NCBI RefSeq assembly: GCF_031769215.1
Contig: NW_026782099.1
Coordinates: 2,294,001 to 2,358,000, forward strand
From: Ylistrum balloti
Taxonomy: Eukaryota
DNA: 64,000 bases
Direction of reading: 5' to 3'
The notes beneath the pieces are model-generated. The model worked only from the letters and a program-made list of their open reading frames with translations. It was not told where the DNA came from and searched no databases. Both the position numbers and the translations under genes were made by a program. This document shows positions 51,371-64,000 of this stretch, piece after piece. How positions within the stretch are numbered: the stretch's first letter is position 1; each line of letters starts with the position of its first letter.

Positions 51371-54300
51371 TTGCCCCCCCCACCCCACCCTCTCCCCAAC
51401 AACAGGTGGCTGGTGGTCCTGTCATTTAAGGTTCAATATGTCCATATCTGGAAAGCTTCCGCTGGACAGGATATTAACTCTCAACAAAATAATCCATGAA
51501 TGTAGAGTTAAAAGTGCCCCCCTTCAATACCTGACCTTGTGACCTAAACCAATAGAGAGAATTAAGACAATGAAAGCTGTTCCACCATTAATGGCAAAAC
51601 AATGCTTGTCTCAATCACTTCCTAACTAAACTTCCTTTCAACTGTTAATACTGTCAAGAGTTTACATTGGATTTTGTCCCCTGAGGGAGGTCAACTACAT
51701 TCACTAAATTTCCATATCAAACTCCACATACAAGTAATCTATCAATACTCAGTTCTTTATTGGTCAAGTGTTCACATCCGTACATTGTGACCCACCCATT
51801 AGATGACTGGTCAAGGTCTTTCTACTTTGAGTCCACATTCAGAAAATCCTAATGACCAATGGTCAACAAGCAGGCATATAATACATCTGTTATTGTCCAG
51901 TACACAGAATGTCCATTCAAAAAGTATTATTTCAAGTTTAAGGGAGATTTAGAGACAGATTTCATTATCTAATAAAACAATTTGGGGCTGTGATATCCCT
52001 GGAACTGTTCACTATCCATTTTTCTAGACCTGATGTCCTACCCATTAACTAACCTGTTGAAAGCAACTATAGCTAGGCTATGTCCTTCAGGTGGAAAGTC
52101 AGTATTAGATGTACTCTTACTGTCGAGGTTTCCTTACCTTACAAGGGATGGAGGGTAAAAGACTAAAAGTTTGCAGACATCATTGCTCATAATCAAATTT
52201 GATACTTTTAACTAATTCTCGTGTAACACTTGAGTTACTGAAGTCAAAATTTTATGATTTCCTGTAGAGCTACAACGTATATTCGTCCTGACCTTGACAA
52301 ACTTTGTCAAGGGCATTCATTCTGCCTTCTAAAAAAACTGTTTTATATTTTAGACCAGGTTGAATAAAAAACTTGACCTATGATATCTTTTGTTGCGGAA
52401 GAAACAAATCAGTGTGTTAAACCTCACACAAGGAATCATAAATGTTATCAAATGACATTAATAAGTATTAATCATGGAGGAAGAACTCATTCAACACTTT
52501 ATCTTGTCATCGAGTTTCATGGAGGTCACAGTGGCAGTTATCTGAGTGAAAGAAGTGCCAGATATAGGTCAAACAATGTGCTATCCTTCATTTGGAAGGA
52601 TATTCTGTGACAACAGATTTATGAGCTTTACTAAAATTCCTGAAATATTTTGCAATTAACAACACAATGAATAAATCAATTGTTTGAAAATTTGTCAGAT
52701 TTTTACAATAAAGTGGTACAAAGTTAACAAATGTGATCACAGGTGATGTAAGTACACGTTTAACATGACCAAATTCCATGTAAAAGATTTCAATTCCCAG
52801 CAGTCATTGACCTATGGTGTGCGGGTAGATAGCTGTGTTGTAAGAGCTTGGACATTCTCCTTTCTCAAACCCTGGATAGAAATTTTAAATGAAGAACTTC
52901 ATTGGAATGTAAACAGGGAGATTGGCACATTTAAAAAGAATGGTGTGAACAGCCAGCCAGAAATGTGTCAGTTTTTGTGTGGTTAGATTGAATGTATGGC
53001 CTAAATAAAGATAGGTAACAACAGGAGGAATCTTTATAAACTGATTTACAGGTGATCAATAAACAGAGTGTGTTCACTAAACACCTACACACTGTCAGTC
53101 AGTAGGATCTCAGCCACTCAGGTAGTGTCCTTCATAGCTCTCTCCCTGCAATAGACATGGCAGCCAACAGATCTACACATCAATTCCCACATCAAATGGA
53201 ATTGTTGATTCACCAGAAAAATTTGAGAAAAGGTTTACATTTAACCTCTGATCGATATCCTACAGTATCCTGATAGTAGATTCTTCAACATTTTTTAAAA
53301 CTTTCATATAAAACAATCTGTAGCGAACAAGCTTTCCAACGTGTAGTTCATGAGAATCTCACAAGAACCCAGTTACAACTGCTGGGAGAAAGATTGGTTC
53401 AGACAGATAACAATTACACGTCACACATAAATTTCCTATGTTCACATAAGGTTCTCACTTAGTCCATATTTTAACATGCAATAGAGCTGTTCATGAGTTT
53501 CTCAACTTCATTCTCATGTGGGCAGTACATGTGTTGCTTGTGAGAAAAGTTTTGGTATGGGGTGTAACAGATGAGTGCAACATTCTCATGGAAGGAGTGT
53601 CTTCTAAATAACCATAAGTTCTGAATTTGAACCACTTCTATTATACAATGTAGCTCATCAAGTTTCATATACAGTCATACAAAAAACGAAAGACCATAAA
53701 TTTAAGAATACTGCCATTTCAAAACATTATTTATACAGAAAGAAAACGATTGAATTGTTGGGATCTTTCTAAATACATCAATGTAAATACACATTGCCTA
53801 TTACACCAAACAACCCTCACTAATCCTACTTTAAGTACTTAAATGATATTAACAGTCGGAAATACGATGGTCATTTATTTTAAACGAAACGTGTAAAGTA
53901 CAGGAAATCTGTATACTTCATCAAACTGTCACAAGGGTCTCTAAGATCTCATCTTTATATAACAGCTCAATAATCAACAACTTATAGACATCAACATCAT
54001 CTGTGAGAATTTTCCCTAGACAGACAAGCCTATCACGAGTCTATCACAATGAGCCAGTCATAAAAACATCTAGTACTCGTGCATACATTATGTCTGTAGA
54101 TGAAATGAGATAAGGACAATAAAAACAGTTTAACTTAGGAAAGTACAGTTTCAGGCCTCAGTTTAACTAAAGGGAAGTACTGCTTCAGGGCTTTGGTTTA
54201 ACTCTGGGAAATTACTGTGAAGGGTCTCGGTTATACTGTTAAATTTGGGGTCTCAGCTAGTTAGGGAGACGAGAGCAGCCGTGTGGAAGCCAATCTATCC

Positions 54301-55680
54301 TTACCATCATAATAATGCCACAAAAACTTTGTTTACCACAAATAGAACTTTATCATCATGTGGTGCCAATGAAATTAAACTATAATTGTTCATGGCCAGA
54401 AAAGCTGGTGATAGTCGGCCTTTGTACTGGAGACAAACAACTAGGTACGGTCAATCTGAAACAGTTACCACTGTAATTGGTCATCATTATCATTTTAGAT
54501 GGGTATACTGAATCTGTAACTAAATAGTTTGACATTTAAAATTATTGTTTATTGCCAGAATTAATTCTTTAACATTCTGATTCATTTGCAGTAGTTAAAA
54601 TTCTTATCAGGTTACATTTTCTAACATATAATATTTCTGTCACTGCCCCAGCTTCTAATCAGACAGTCCTTCTGGTCTTGAAAGGTGACATTAACAGTAC
54701 ACCAGATCAGATCTCCATCACGACTTCAGTGCAGTACAGGTGAATTGTGGACGTTACACTAATATTATCACGGTTCATTGTCATTCCTACATCCTTTGTT
54801 TTATGGGTTGGCAACTCACTCCTGGGTCTCGCGTCACAACTTTTGGATCTTCTAGTATTATCACACATAAATCTCATAATGTTGTGATCATGAATATATG
54901 TCAGTATTGTACTTGGCATACTTAAGATCATTGCTTTATATGACAGTGTTTACATATCAACATTTTAATTGAAATTCAGAAGATAGTGTGTGGTGAAATA
55001 TCAAGCCTTTAGATGATTCTCGTTCAATATTCAAGCTATTGATTGCACCATGCCACTTTTATTTCAATATCTGTGAAAGGTTATGAGAGTTTATAGAATC
55101 CAAACAAGTATTTAGAAGTTTGAATAAGGTAGACCCTCAATTAAGATCCGAGAACTCATGATCACTGTACTGTTAATTAGGTGAAAATATCTATTATGTT
55201 GATAAGGTATGAGGGAGTCAGGATGTTTACCCAAAAACAGATCCAAATTGATACAGGATAAACGTTCCAATTGGTTGACTATCTCCTTCAACAAGTCCAG
55301 TCATTCAAGTGTTCTCAAATCCCTGTAATCCTTCAAAGTAGGGCATCCCTGACCCTTGGTCAGTATTTAGGAAGACACTTGACCCAAATGACCACTCTTA
55401 AAATGATCAAAAGGTCATATTTTAAGTAGGTCGGCCCCCAATCAATGAGTCAGCACCTTCTGTTCAAATCTTCTATGAGTAATTATTTAATTGAGACAGA
55501 AACTGATTATATTCACCTACAGAAATTGTTCTATGTTGTAAAGTCAAATGCATGAAATGGATTATTTATCATATTTCAAAACCTCACTTTTACAAAGCAT
55601 GCAAATGACCACAATATGTGATGATGTCTATGTTCAGTAGTAATGTAGGTATCTTTCCTTTATGAAAAAGAGATTTAATC

Positions 55681-57279
55681 ATCAAATTCATAAACAAGTC
55701 TGGCCTGGTCATCAAATATATAAACAAGTCTGGCCTGGTTATCAAATATATAAACAAGTCTGGCCTGGTTATCAAATATATAAACAAGTCTGGCCTGGTC
55801 ATCAAATATATAAACAAGTCTGGCCTGGTTATCAAATATATAAACAAGTCTGGCCTGGTTATCAAATATATAAACAAGTCTGGCCTGGTCATCCAATTCA
55901 TAAACAAGTCTGGCCTGGTTATCAAATATATAAACAAGTCTGGCCTGGTTATCAAATATATAAACAAGTCTGGCCTGGTTATCAAATATATAAACAAGTC
56001 TGGCCTGGTTATCAAATATCTAAACAAGTCTGGCCTGGTTATCAAATATATAAACAAGTCTGGCCTGGTTATCAAATATCTAAACAAGTCTGGCCTGGTC
56101 ATCAAATATATAAACAAGTCTGGCCTGGTTATCAAATATATAAACAAGTCTGGCCTGGTTATCAAATATATAAACAAGTCTGGCCTTGTCGGTTAATATA
56201 TAAACAATTCTAGCCTGGTCATCCAATTCATAAACAAGTCTGGCCTGGTCATCAAATATATAAACAAGTCTGGCCTGGTCATCCAATTCATAAACAAGTC
56301 TGGCATGGTCAACAAATTCATAAACAAGTCTGGCCTGGTTATCAAATATATAAACAAGTCTGGCCTGGTCATCAAATATATAAACAAGTCTGGCCTGGTT
56401 ATCAAAGATATAAACAAGTCTGGCCTTGTCAGTTAATATATAAACAAGTCTGGCCTGGTCATCAAATATATAAACAAGTCTGGCCTGGTCATCAAATATA
56501 TAAACAAGTCTGGCCTGGTCATCCAATTCATAAACAAGTCTGGCCTGGTCAACAAATATATAAACAAGTCTGGCCTGGTTATCAAATATATAAACAAGTC
56601 TGGCCTGGTCATCAAATATATAAACAATTCTAGCCTGGTCATCCAATTCATAAACAAGTCTGGCCTGGTCATCAAATATATAAACAAGTCTGGCCCGGTC
56701 ATCAAATATATAAACAAGTCTGGCCTTGTCAGTTAATATATAAACAAGTCTGGCCTGGTCATCCAATTAATAAACAAGTCTGGCCTGGTCATCAAATATA
56801 TAAACAAGTCTGGCCTGGTCATCAAATATATAAACAAGTCTGGCCTGGTCATCAAATATATAAACAATTCTAGCCTGGTCATCCAATTCATAAACAAGTC
56901 TGGCCTGGTCATCAAATATATAAACAAGTCTGGCCCGGTCATCAAATATATAAACAAGTCTGGCCTTGTCAGTTAATATATAAACAAGTCTGGCCTGGTC
57001 ATCCAATTAATAAACAAGTCTGGCCTGGTCATCAAATTCATAAACAAGTCTGGCCTGGTCATCAAATATATAAACAAGTCTGGCCTGGTTATCAAATATA
57101 TAAACAAGTCTGGCCTGGTCATCAAATATATAAACAAGTCTGGCCTGGTCATCAAATATATAAACAAGTCTGGCCTGGTCATCAAATATATAAACAAGTC
57201 TGGCCTGGTTATCTAATATATAAACAAGTCTGGCCTGGTCATCAAATATATAAACAAGTCTGGCCTGGTCATCCAATTC
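55681..57279. repeat. Minisatellite, 30 bp unit ATCAAATATATAAACAAGTCTGGCCTGGTC
   Basis: About 53 copies in unbroken 30-bp register. Confidence 0.97.
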
Positions 57280-57884
57280 CTGTAGCGAAAGATACTATAG
57301 GTAAAACCTAACACATGTATGTCTTCAATATAAAACTAATAACCTTTAATGATGGTATGTAACGATATACATGTATACCAGTTCACAAAAATGGGAGAAA
57401 ATGGAGACATCCTAGAGATGGATTTATAAAAGTTGAAAAAGTTTTTTTATCCAAAAATCAAGTTTTTTTTATTATAGTGTGTTACATTGTACAGTATTAT
57501 TCTATTGGAACAATATCAGAATATCTGTTCCAGCTTCCAGTGATTTCATCCTAAATATCTCATTACACAAGGCTTCATCAAAATGTAGGAATTCCACCTA
57601 CACTGCTTAATAGTACCAAGTAAACTTGTGTGTAATAGAGTCAGTGTACTGGCAGAGAATATTGTCAGTGATATAAACCAATATTAAGGTGATTAATGTA
57701 AACTGGCATCTTCAATTAAATCTTTCCAAAAGGATCCGGAAGCATACTGCAGTAACATGTAGATGGTATATATAAACTGCCGATGTTTAATTCTATTATG
57801 TATCATAGCTGATATAGTGTTGAAGTCTGTAGTACAGAGAAGAGGGATGCTCAATCTTCCTTGTGAGCTATATATAGTGAATGT

Positions 57885-58460
57885 GGGAAATATCCCTCTG
57901 TCCCCTAGCTATAGTGAAGTTGGGAAATATCCCTCTGTCCCCTAGGTAAGGTGAGTGTGGGAAATATCCTCTGTCCCCTAGGTACAGTGAGTGTGGGAAA
58001 TATCCCTCTGTCCCCTAGGTATAGTGAGTGTGGGAAATATCCCTCTGTCCCCTAGGTATAGTGAGTGTGGGAAATATCCTCTGTCCCCTAGGTACAGTGA
58101 GTGTGGGAAATATCCCTCTGTCCCCTAGGTACAGTGAGTGTGGGAAATATCCCTCTGTCCCCTAGGTATAGTGAGTGTGGGAAATATCCCTCTGTCCCCT
58201 AGGTATAGTGAGTGTGGGAAATATCCCTCTGTCCCCTAGGTATAGTGAGTGTGGGAAATATCCCTCTGTCCCCTAGGTACAGTGAGTGTGGGAAATATCC
58301 CTCTGTCCCCTAGGTATAGTGAGTGTGGGAAATATCCCTCTGTCCCCTAGGTATAGTGAGTGTGGGAAATATCCCTCTGTCCCCTAGGTATAGTGAGTGT
58401 GGGAAATATCCTCCTGACCCCTAGGTATAGTGAGTGTGGGAAATATCCTCCTGACCCCTT
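57885..58460. repeat. Minisatellite, 37 bp unit GTGAGTGTGGGAAATATCCCTCTGTCCCCTAGGTATA
   Basis: About 15 copies. Confidence 0.95.
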
Positions 58461-59691
58461 GTTGTACAGAGAGGGGAAACATCTCCCTGTCCTAAAGCTG
58501 TGTTGAGAGTTGAAACCCTTACCCTTCTGCACTCACTCTGATGACAGTGGAACCCCTAGCTGTGGTGTGAGATGAAAAGAAACCTTAGTATCTAACTAAC
58601 ATTCACATACTTCAACAACAGCATATTGTGGTTGGCTTCAGATATAATCAAAATATTGGCATATGATTTCAGACATTTAATAAAACCGGAGTATAGATAT
58701 TTCTCATGAAGACCATTTTACAGCGGATGACTTTCACATAAAGATGTTGAGGATTTTACGATACAGTTAATAGAATTTTTTTAACCAATTCAGTAATCTG
58801 ACATATTCATGACACATACTATTTCCTAAAAATTGTGATAAATTAGATAACCCTTGGACTGAGGGTAAAACCCTTAATGATATCATAACTCATCTTTACA
58901 AATTATAAATTACACAAGTGTTTTTTTCTCTATATGACACTAACATGGATGTTGTGTTGTGAGTTGTCACATCGTTATAGTGTTGCTACACATTAAATCT
59001 TCCCCTACTGATCAATGATGAGATACATAAAAACTGAGTTAAGTTTATGTAAGCTAAAATGGGTAGTGGATAGGGCATACCTATCCAACTGAAGGTTTTT
59101 ATGTTCATATTCAATGTAACAAAAGTGGCTCTGAAATAACATATGAAATGTATACACTTTCCAGAAATGGCAAAAATTATTTCAGATGTATCACATTAAG
59201 CTTGTCCTATTTTAACCCGAAAATGATAACACCATGAGTTTTATATATATTAGTGGTCAAGTTTCAGTGAACTCTAATTTCAGCTCTTGAGTGCTTAGAA
59301 TTATCAGCTGTTCTGAAAAATACATGTAATGGCTTTGTAACCTTTTAAATAAAGCAGAACCTTACCAGGCTAGAGATTACTAATTACTTAATCTAATCAG
59401 CCATTGTCAAGATGAGATGATCGGTAGGATATCAGAGCTACTCTCAGGTGTTCTAAATGAGTTAATTCCCAACGTGTACAGGTGTTAAATAGCATGTATC
59501 CCTAGTATAAATTCAAGCAGATGGGGAAGATGAAATTTGTTTTTTGGCTCTCAATGTTCTCGGTCTTGTAGCACCAGCACATGGCTCATTTCAGACTAAT
59601 GTTGTTACCTCACCAGCTGTGTGATATTTTGTAAAACCTTTGGTACAGTAGCAAAATATCTATGACAGGATCTACCTAATAAACCCTCTGA

Positions 59692-62049
59692 AACAGTGGT
59701 ACATCATATATAACAGACTCTCCCCAACAGTGGTACATCATATATAACAGACTCTCCCCAACAGTGGTACATCATATATAACAGACTCTCCCCAACAGTG
59801 GTACATCATATATAACAGGCCCTCCCCAACAGTGGTACATCATATATAACAGACTCTCCCCAACAGTGGTACATCATATATAACAGACCCTCCCCAACAG
59901 TGGTACATCATATATAACAGACTCTCCCCAACAGTGGTACATCATATATAACAGACTCTCCCCAACAGTGGTACATCATATATAACAGACTCTCCCCAAC
60001 AGTGGTACATCATATATAACAGACTCTCCCCAACAGTGGTACATCATATATAACAGACTCTCCCCAACAGTGGTACATCATATATAACAGACTCTCCCCA
60101 ACAGTGGTACATCATATATAACAGACTCTCCCCAACAGTGGTACATCATATATAACAGACTCTCCCCAACAGTGGTACATCATATATAACAGACCCTCCC
60201 CAACAGTGGTACATCATATATAACAGACTCTCCCCAACAGTGGTACATCATATATAACAGACTCTCCCCAACAGTGGTACATCATATATAACAGACCCTC
60301 CCCAACAGTGGTACATCATATATAACAGACCCTCCCCAACAGTGGTACATCATATATAACAGACTCTCCCCAACAGTGGTACATCATATATAACAGACCC
60401 TCCCCAACAGTGGTACATCATATATAACAGACTCTCCCCAACAGTGGTACATCATATATAACAGACTCTCCCCAACAGTGGTACATCATATATAACAGAC
60501 TCTCCCCAACAGTGGTACATCATATATAACTAACTCTCCCCAACAGTGGTACATCATATATAACAGACTCTCCCCAACAGTGGTACATCATATATAACAG
60601 ACCCTCCCCAACAGTGGTACATCATATATAACAGACTCTCCCCAACAGTGGTACATCATATATAAACAGTGGACTCTCCCCAACAGTGGTACATCATATA
60701 TAACAGACTCTCCCCAACAGTGGTACATCATATATAACTTACTCTTCCCAACAGTGGTACATCATATATAACAGACTCTCCCCAACAGTGGTACATCATA
60801 TATAACACTCTCATATCATATATAACAGACTCTCCCCAACAGTGGTACATCATATATAACAGACTCTCCCCAACAGTGGTACATCATATATAACTAACTC
60901 TCCCCAACAGTGGTACATCATATATAACAGACTCTCCCCAACAGTGGTACATCATATATAACAGACTCTCCCCAACAGTGGTACATCATATATAACAGAC
61001 TCTCCCCAACAGTGGTACATCATATATAACAGACTCTCCCCAACAGTGGTACATCATATATACATCATATATAACTTACTCTCCCCAACAGTGGTACATC
61101 ATATATAACAGACTCTCCCCAACAGTGGTACATCATATATAACAGACTCTCCCCAACAGTGGTACATCATATATAACTAACTCTCCCCAACAGTGGTACA
61201 TCATATATAACTAACTCTCCCCAACAGTGGTACATCATATATAACAGACTCTCCCCAACAGTGGTACATCATATATAACTAACTCTCCCCAACAGTGGTA
61301 CATCATATATAACAGACTCTCCCCAACAGTGGTACATCATATATAACTAACTCTCCCCAACAGTGGTACATCATATATAACAGACTCTCCCCAACAGTGG
61401 TACATCATATATAACAGACCCTCCCCAACAGTGGTACATCATATATAACTAACTCTCCCCAACAGTGGTACATCATATATAACTAACTCTCCCCAACAGT
61501 GGTACATCATATATAACTAACTCTCCCCAACAGTGGTACATCATATATAACTAACTCTCTCCAACAGTGGTACATCATATATAACTAACTCTCCCCAACA
61601 GTGGTACATCATATATAACTAACTCTCCCCAACAGTGGTACATCATATATAACAGACTCTCCCCAACAGTGGTACATCATATATATCAGACTCTCCCCAA
61701 CAGTGGTACATCATATATAACTAACTCTCCCCAACAGTGGTACATCATATATAACAGACTCTCCCCAACAGTGGTACATCATATATAACAGACTCTCCCC
61801 AACAGTGGTACATCATATATAACAGACTCTCCCCAACAGTGGTACATCATATATAACAGACTCTCCCCAACAGTGGTACATCATATATAACAGACTCTCC
61901 CCAACAGTGGTACATCATATATAACAGACCCTCCCCAACAGTGGTACATCATATATAACAGACCCTCCCCAACAGTGGTACATCATATATAACTAACTCT
62001 CCCCAACAGTGGTACATCATATATAACTAACTCTCCCCAACAGTGGTAC
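59692..62049. repeat. Minisatellite, 34 bp unit AACAGTGGTACATCATATATAACAGACTCTCCCC
   Basis: About 69 highly homogeneous copies. Confidence 0.97.
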
Positions 62050-62099
62050 GACTCTTCTTCCTTGATTCCTTCTGATGAAGTTATTATACAAACAGTTGA

Positions 62100-62245
62100 T
62101 GCTGATTTCAAGAGAGATAAAGACTGAATCACCAGCTTGCCTGATTATGTTCCTGTTGGGCGATACCTGAGTTATATTTAAAGAGACTACCCTGACGACA
62201 TTGCCTTACTGTCTGATAACTGACCGGGCCAAACGTATGCCTTAC
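62100..62245 (+). mobile_element. Decayed non-LTR retrotransposon (LINE, RTE-like) reverse-transcriptase fragment
   Basis: 62185-62220 translates as DYPDDIALLSDN, matching the RT catalytic D[YF]ADDIALLS motif except for A>P. Stops and frameshifts surround it. Boundaries are approximate. Confidence 0.45.
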
Positions 62246-63612
62246 ACACACCAATCTTCAATCTTTAAGTTGTACTATAGATAGTTATGACATCCAGCTG
62301 ATGTTCTCAGTGGGATGACACCATATTTCACAATACCTCCTGACCAACACAACAGGACCTTTTATGGGTTACCGTAGCGATAAAAAAATTATTGCAACTT
62401 AAAATGAAAAATAATTGCAAATTTTCTCCATTTATCTTTGGAAATCACTCAAGCGTACTTTTAACTACAAAGGCATGGAATTGATGTGGGATGACTAAAA
62501 AAGGCACCAGGACTTATCTAAACTACATTTACATACTGGATACTAGCTGTGATGTTAACTTGGCCTTGCCCAGAACTGTCAACTTCACTCGAATCATGTA
62601 AATTGACAGATGCTTTATTGCCGGCGATCTTCAGATAATTTTTTAAAATGTAGATGCAAATAATTCAAGCATAACTTCCAAAAATTAGAAAATTTTGAGA
62701 CATTCAGTTTAAAATCTTTTTAACTTATCATACTGACCAAGTCCTCATCTCACTTAATCTAGCTATTTTCTATCTAGATCACTGTTTTACATGGCAATAA
62801 CAACTTCATACATTAGTTGTAAATTTTATCTCTAGAGAAATAGACTTTCTACAACAAAAAGTACAATTTACATATGAACATTATACTAATTATAAATCTT
62901 TGTTGTTTTGTCGTAAATAAAGCATGAAGTTTTAACTGTGTAAATCACTGAGACTTTTACTACTGAAGCTCAGACTAAAATGTTGTAATTCAAATCACAC
63001 AAAACTGTGCTATTCCTGGTGGACTGTAAACTCCATTCCTGTGGTGATGTCAGTATGACAATTAGATGGCCATCCATCTTGTATTTGTCTTCCTGTCACT
63101 GAGGGTCTCTATACGTGGGCCTTGTTCCAAGTCCAAATTGTACCGTAAATATCTCCAGGATATGTCGGGGCCACCATTATATGAAATATTGAGAAATATA
63201 GTCTCCGTGCCCTCAACCCACTAATTTGTCACCGAATCTTATACAATCCTTGGTTTATATATTGAATTACATTGACTATAAAGTTGAATGAAAGTTAACT
63301 GCTAAACTTACTTCTTGAGTTACAAAACATTATATAAACCTAAATATTCGGAGATCAGTGTCAGGTGATTTCTGTATACTTATAGCTATTTATCATGTTA
63401 CATCTGTAGTGTAAACTGGTAATATCATCTACTGTCAGTGGAAACAAGAGACACATTTTATAGGAAAACTTCTCTTATAGCAATATTTCTGACTTTAGTT
63501 GAATCAACTCTATTTCACCAGTTCACTCATGATATTAACCTTCCATGAGCCAGTTCATGTTTAGTTGTATATTTCAACACCCAGTTCTAATACTATAATA
63601 CTTCAAATGCCA

Positions 63613-63915
63613 CTGCTGGTTCAGTTGTCAATTCTGGTTCAGTAAGATACTTCAATGGCTCATTCTGGTTCAGTAAAATACTTCAACTGCCAGTTCTGGT
63701 TCAGTAAAATACTTCAACTGCCAGTTCTGGTTCAGTAAGATACTTCAACTGCCAGTTCTGGTTCAGTAAGATACTTCAACTGCCAGTTCTGGTTCAGTAA
63801 GACACTTCAACCATCAGTTATGGTTCAGTAAGATACTTCAACTGCCAGTTCTGGTTCAGTAAGACACTTCAACCATCAGTTCTGGTTCAGTAAGTTTCTT
63901 CAGTTGTCAGTTCAG
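63613..63915. repeat. Minisatellite, 31 bp unit TTCTGGTTCAGTAAGATACTTCAACTGCCAG
   Basis: About 9 copies. Confidence 0.92.
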
Positions 63916-64000
63916 GTTCAGACATATTCTTCAACAACTAGGTTATGTCCCGCAAGATATTTTACCTGCCTGTCATTTCCCTATATCCTTCAGTAACATC

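Noticed and set aside
50200-51542. Cys-rich (+) and Gln/Arg-rich (-) ORFs
   Set aside because: They derive from a degenerate 10/20-bp repeat and have no conserved Cys spacing.
55590-57276. Several repeat ORFs (PDLFIYLITR, YKQVWPGYQI, DDQARLVYIF)
   Set aside because: The 30-bp array is open in multiple frames on both strands, and variant units introduce stops.
59530-59625. Signal-peptide-like MKFVF(L)ALNVLGLVAPAHG on the plus strand
   Set aside because: It requires an extra T in a homopolymer, ends in a stop after about 30 codons, and has no donor site or downstream exon.
1-64000. tRNA, rRNA, SINE A/B boxes, telomeric TTAGGG arrays and intact transposase or RT ORFs
   Set aside because: None were seen on either strand by manual inspection; short or degenerate copies could have been missed.

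Overview
AT-rich animal (metazoan) genomic DNA; the repeat types suggest a bivalve or other lophotrochozoan, which is inference only. I can support one gene. It lies on the minus strand and encodes a secreted, papilin-like multidomain protein assembled from four exons joined by phase-1 introns: signal peptide + Kunitz (40298-40571), eight Cys-rich lagrin-type repeats (4711-5580), a second Kunitz (1295-1477) and a WAP domain (177-335). The gene continues past the left edge of the window. Its most unusual trait is a signal peptide placed directly on the Kunitz-lagrin-Kunitz-WAP module, with no TSP1/ADAMTS-spacer papilin cassette visible. The same exon also has an in-frame internal phase-1 acceptor, so it may serve as either a first or an internal exon. 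More than 25 mostly unrelated minisatellite arrays make up roughly 24 kb (hand estimate). There is also one Helentron-type (HINE-like) non-autonomous element and a small LINE reverse-transcriptase relic. Most long ORFs in the track are artefacts of these arrays. I found no rRNA, tRNA, CRISPR array or prokaryote-type system.
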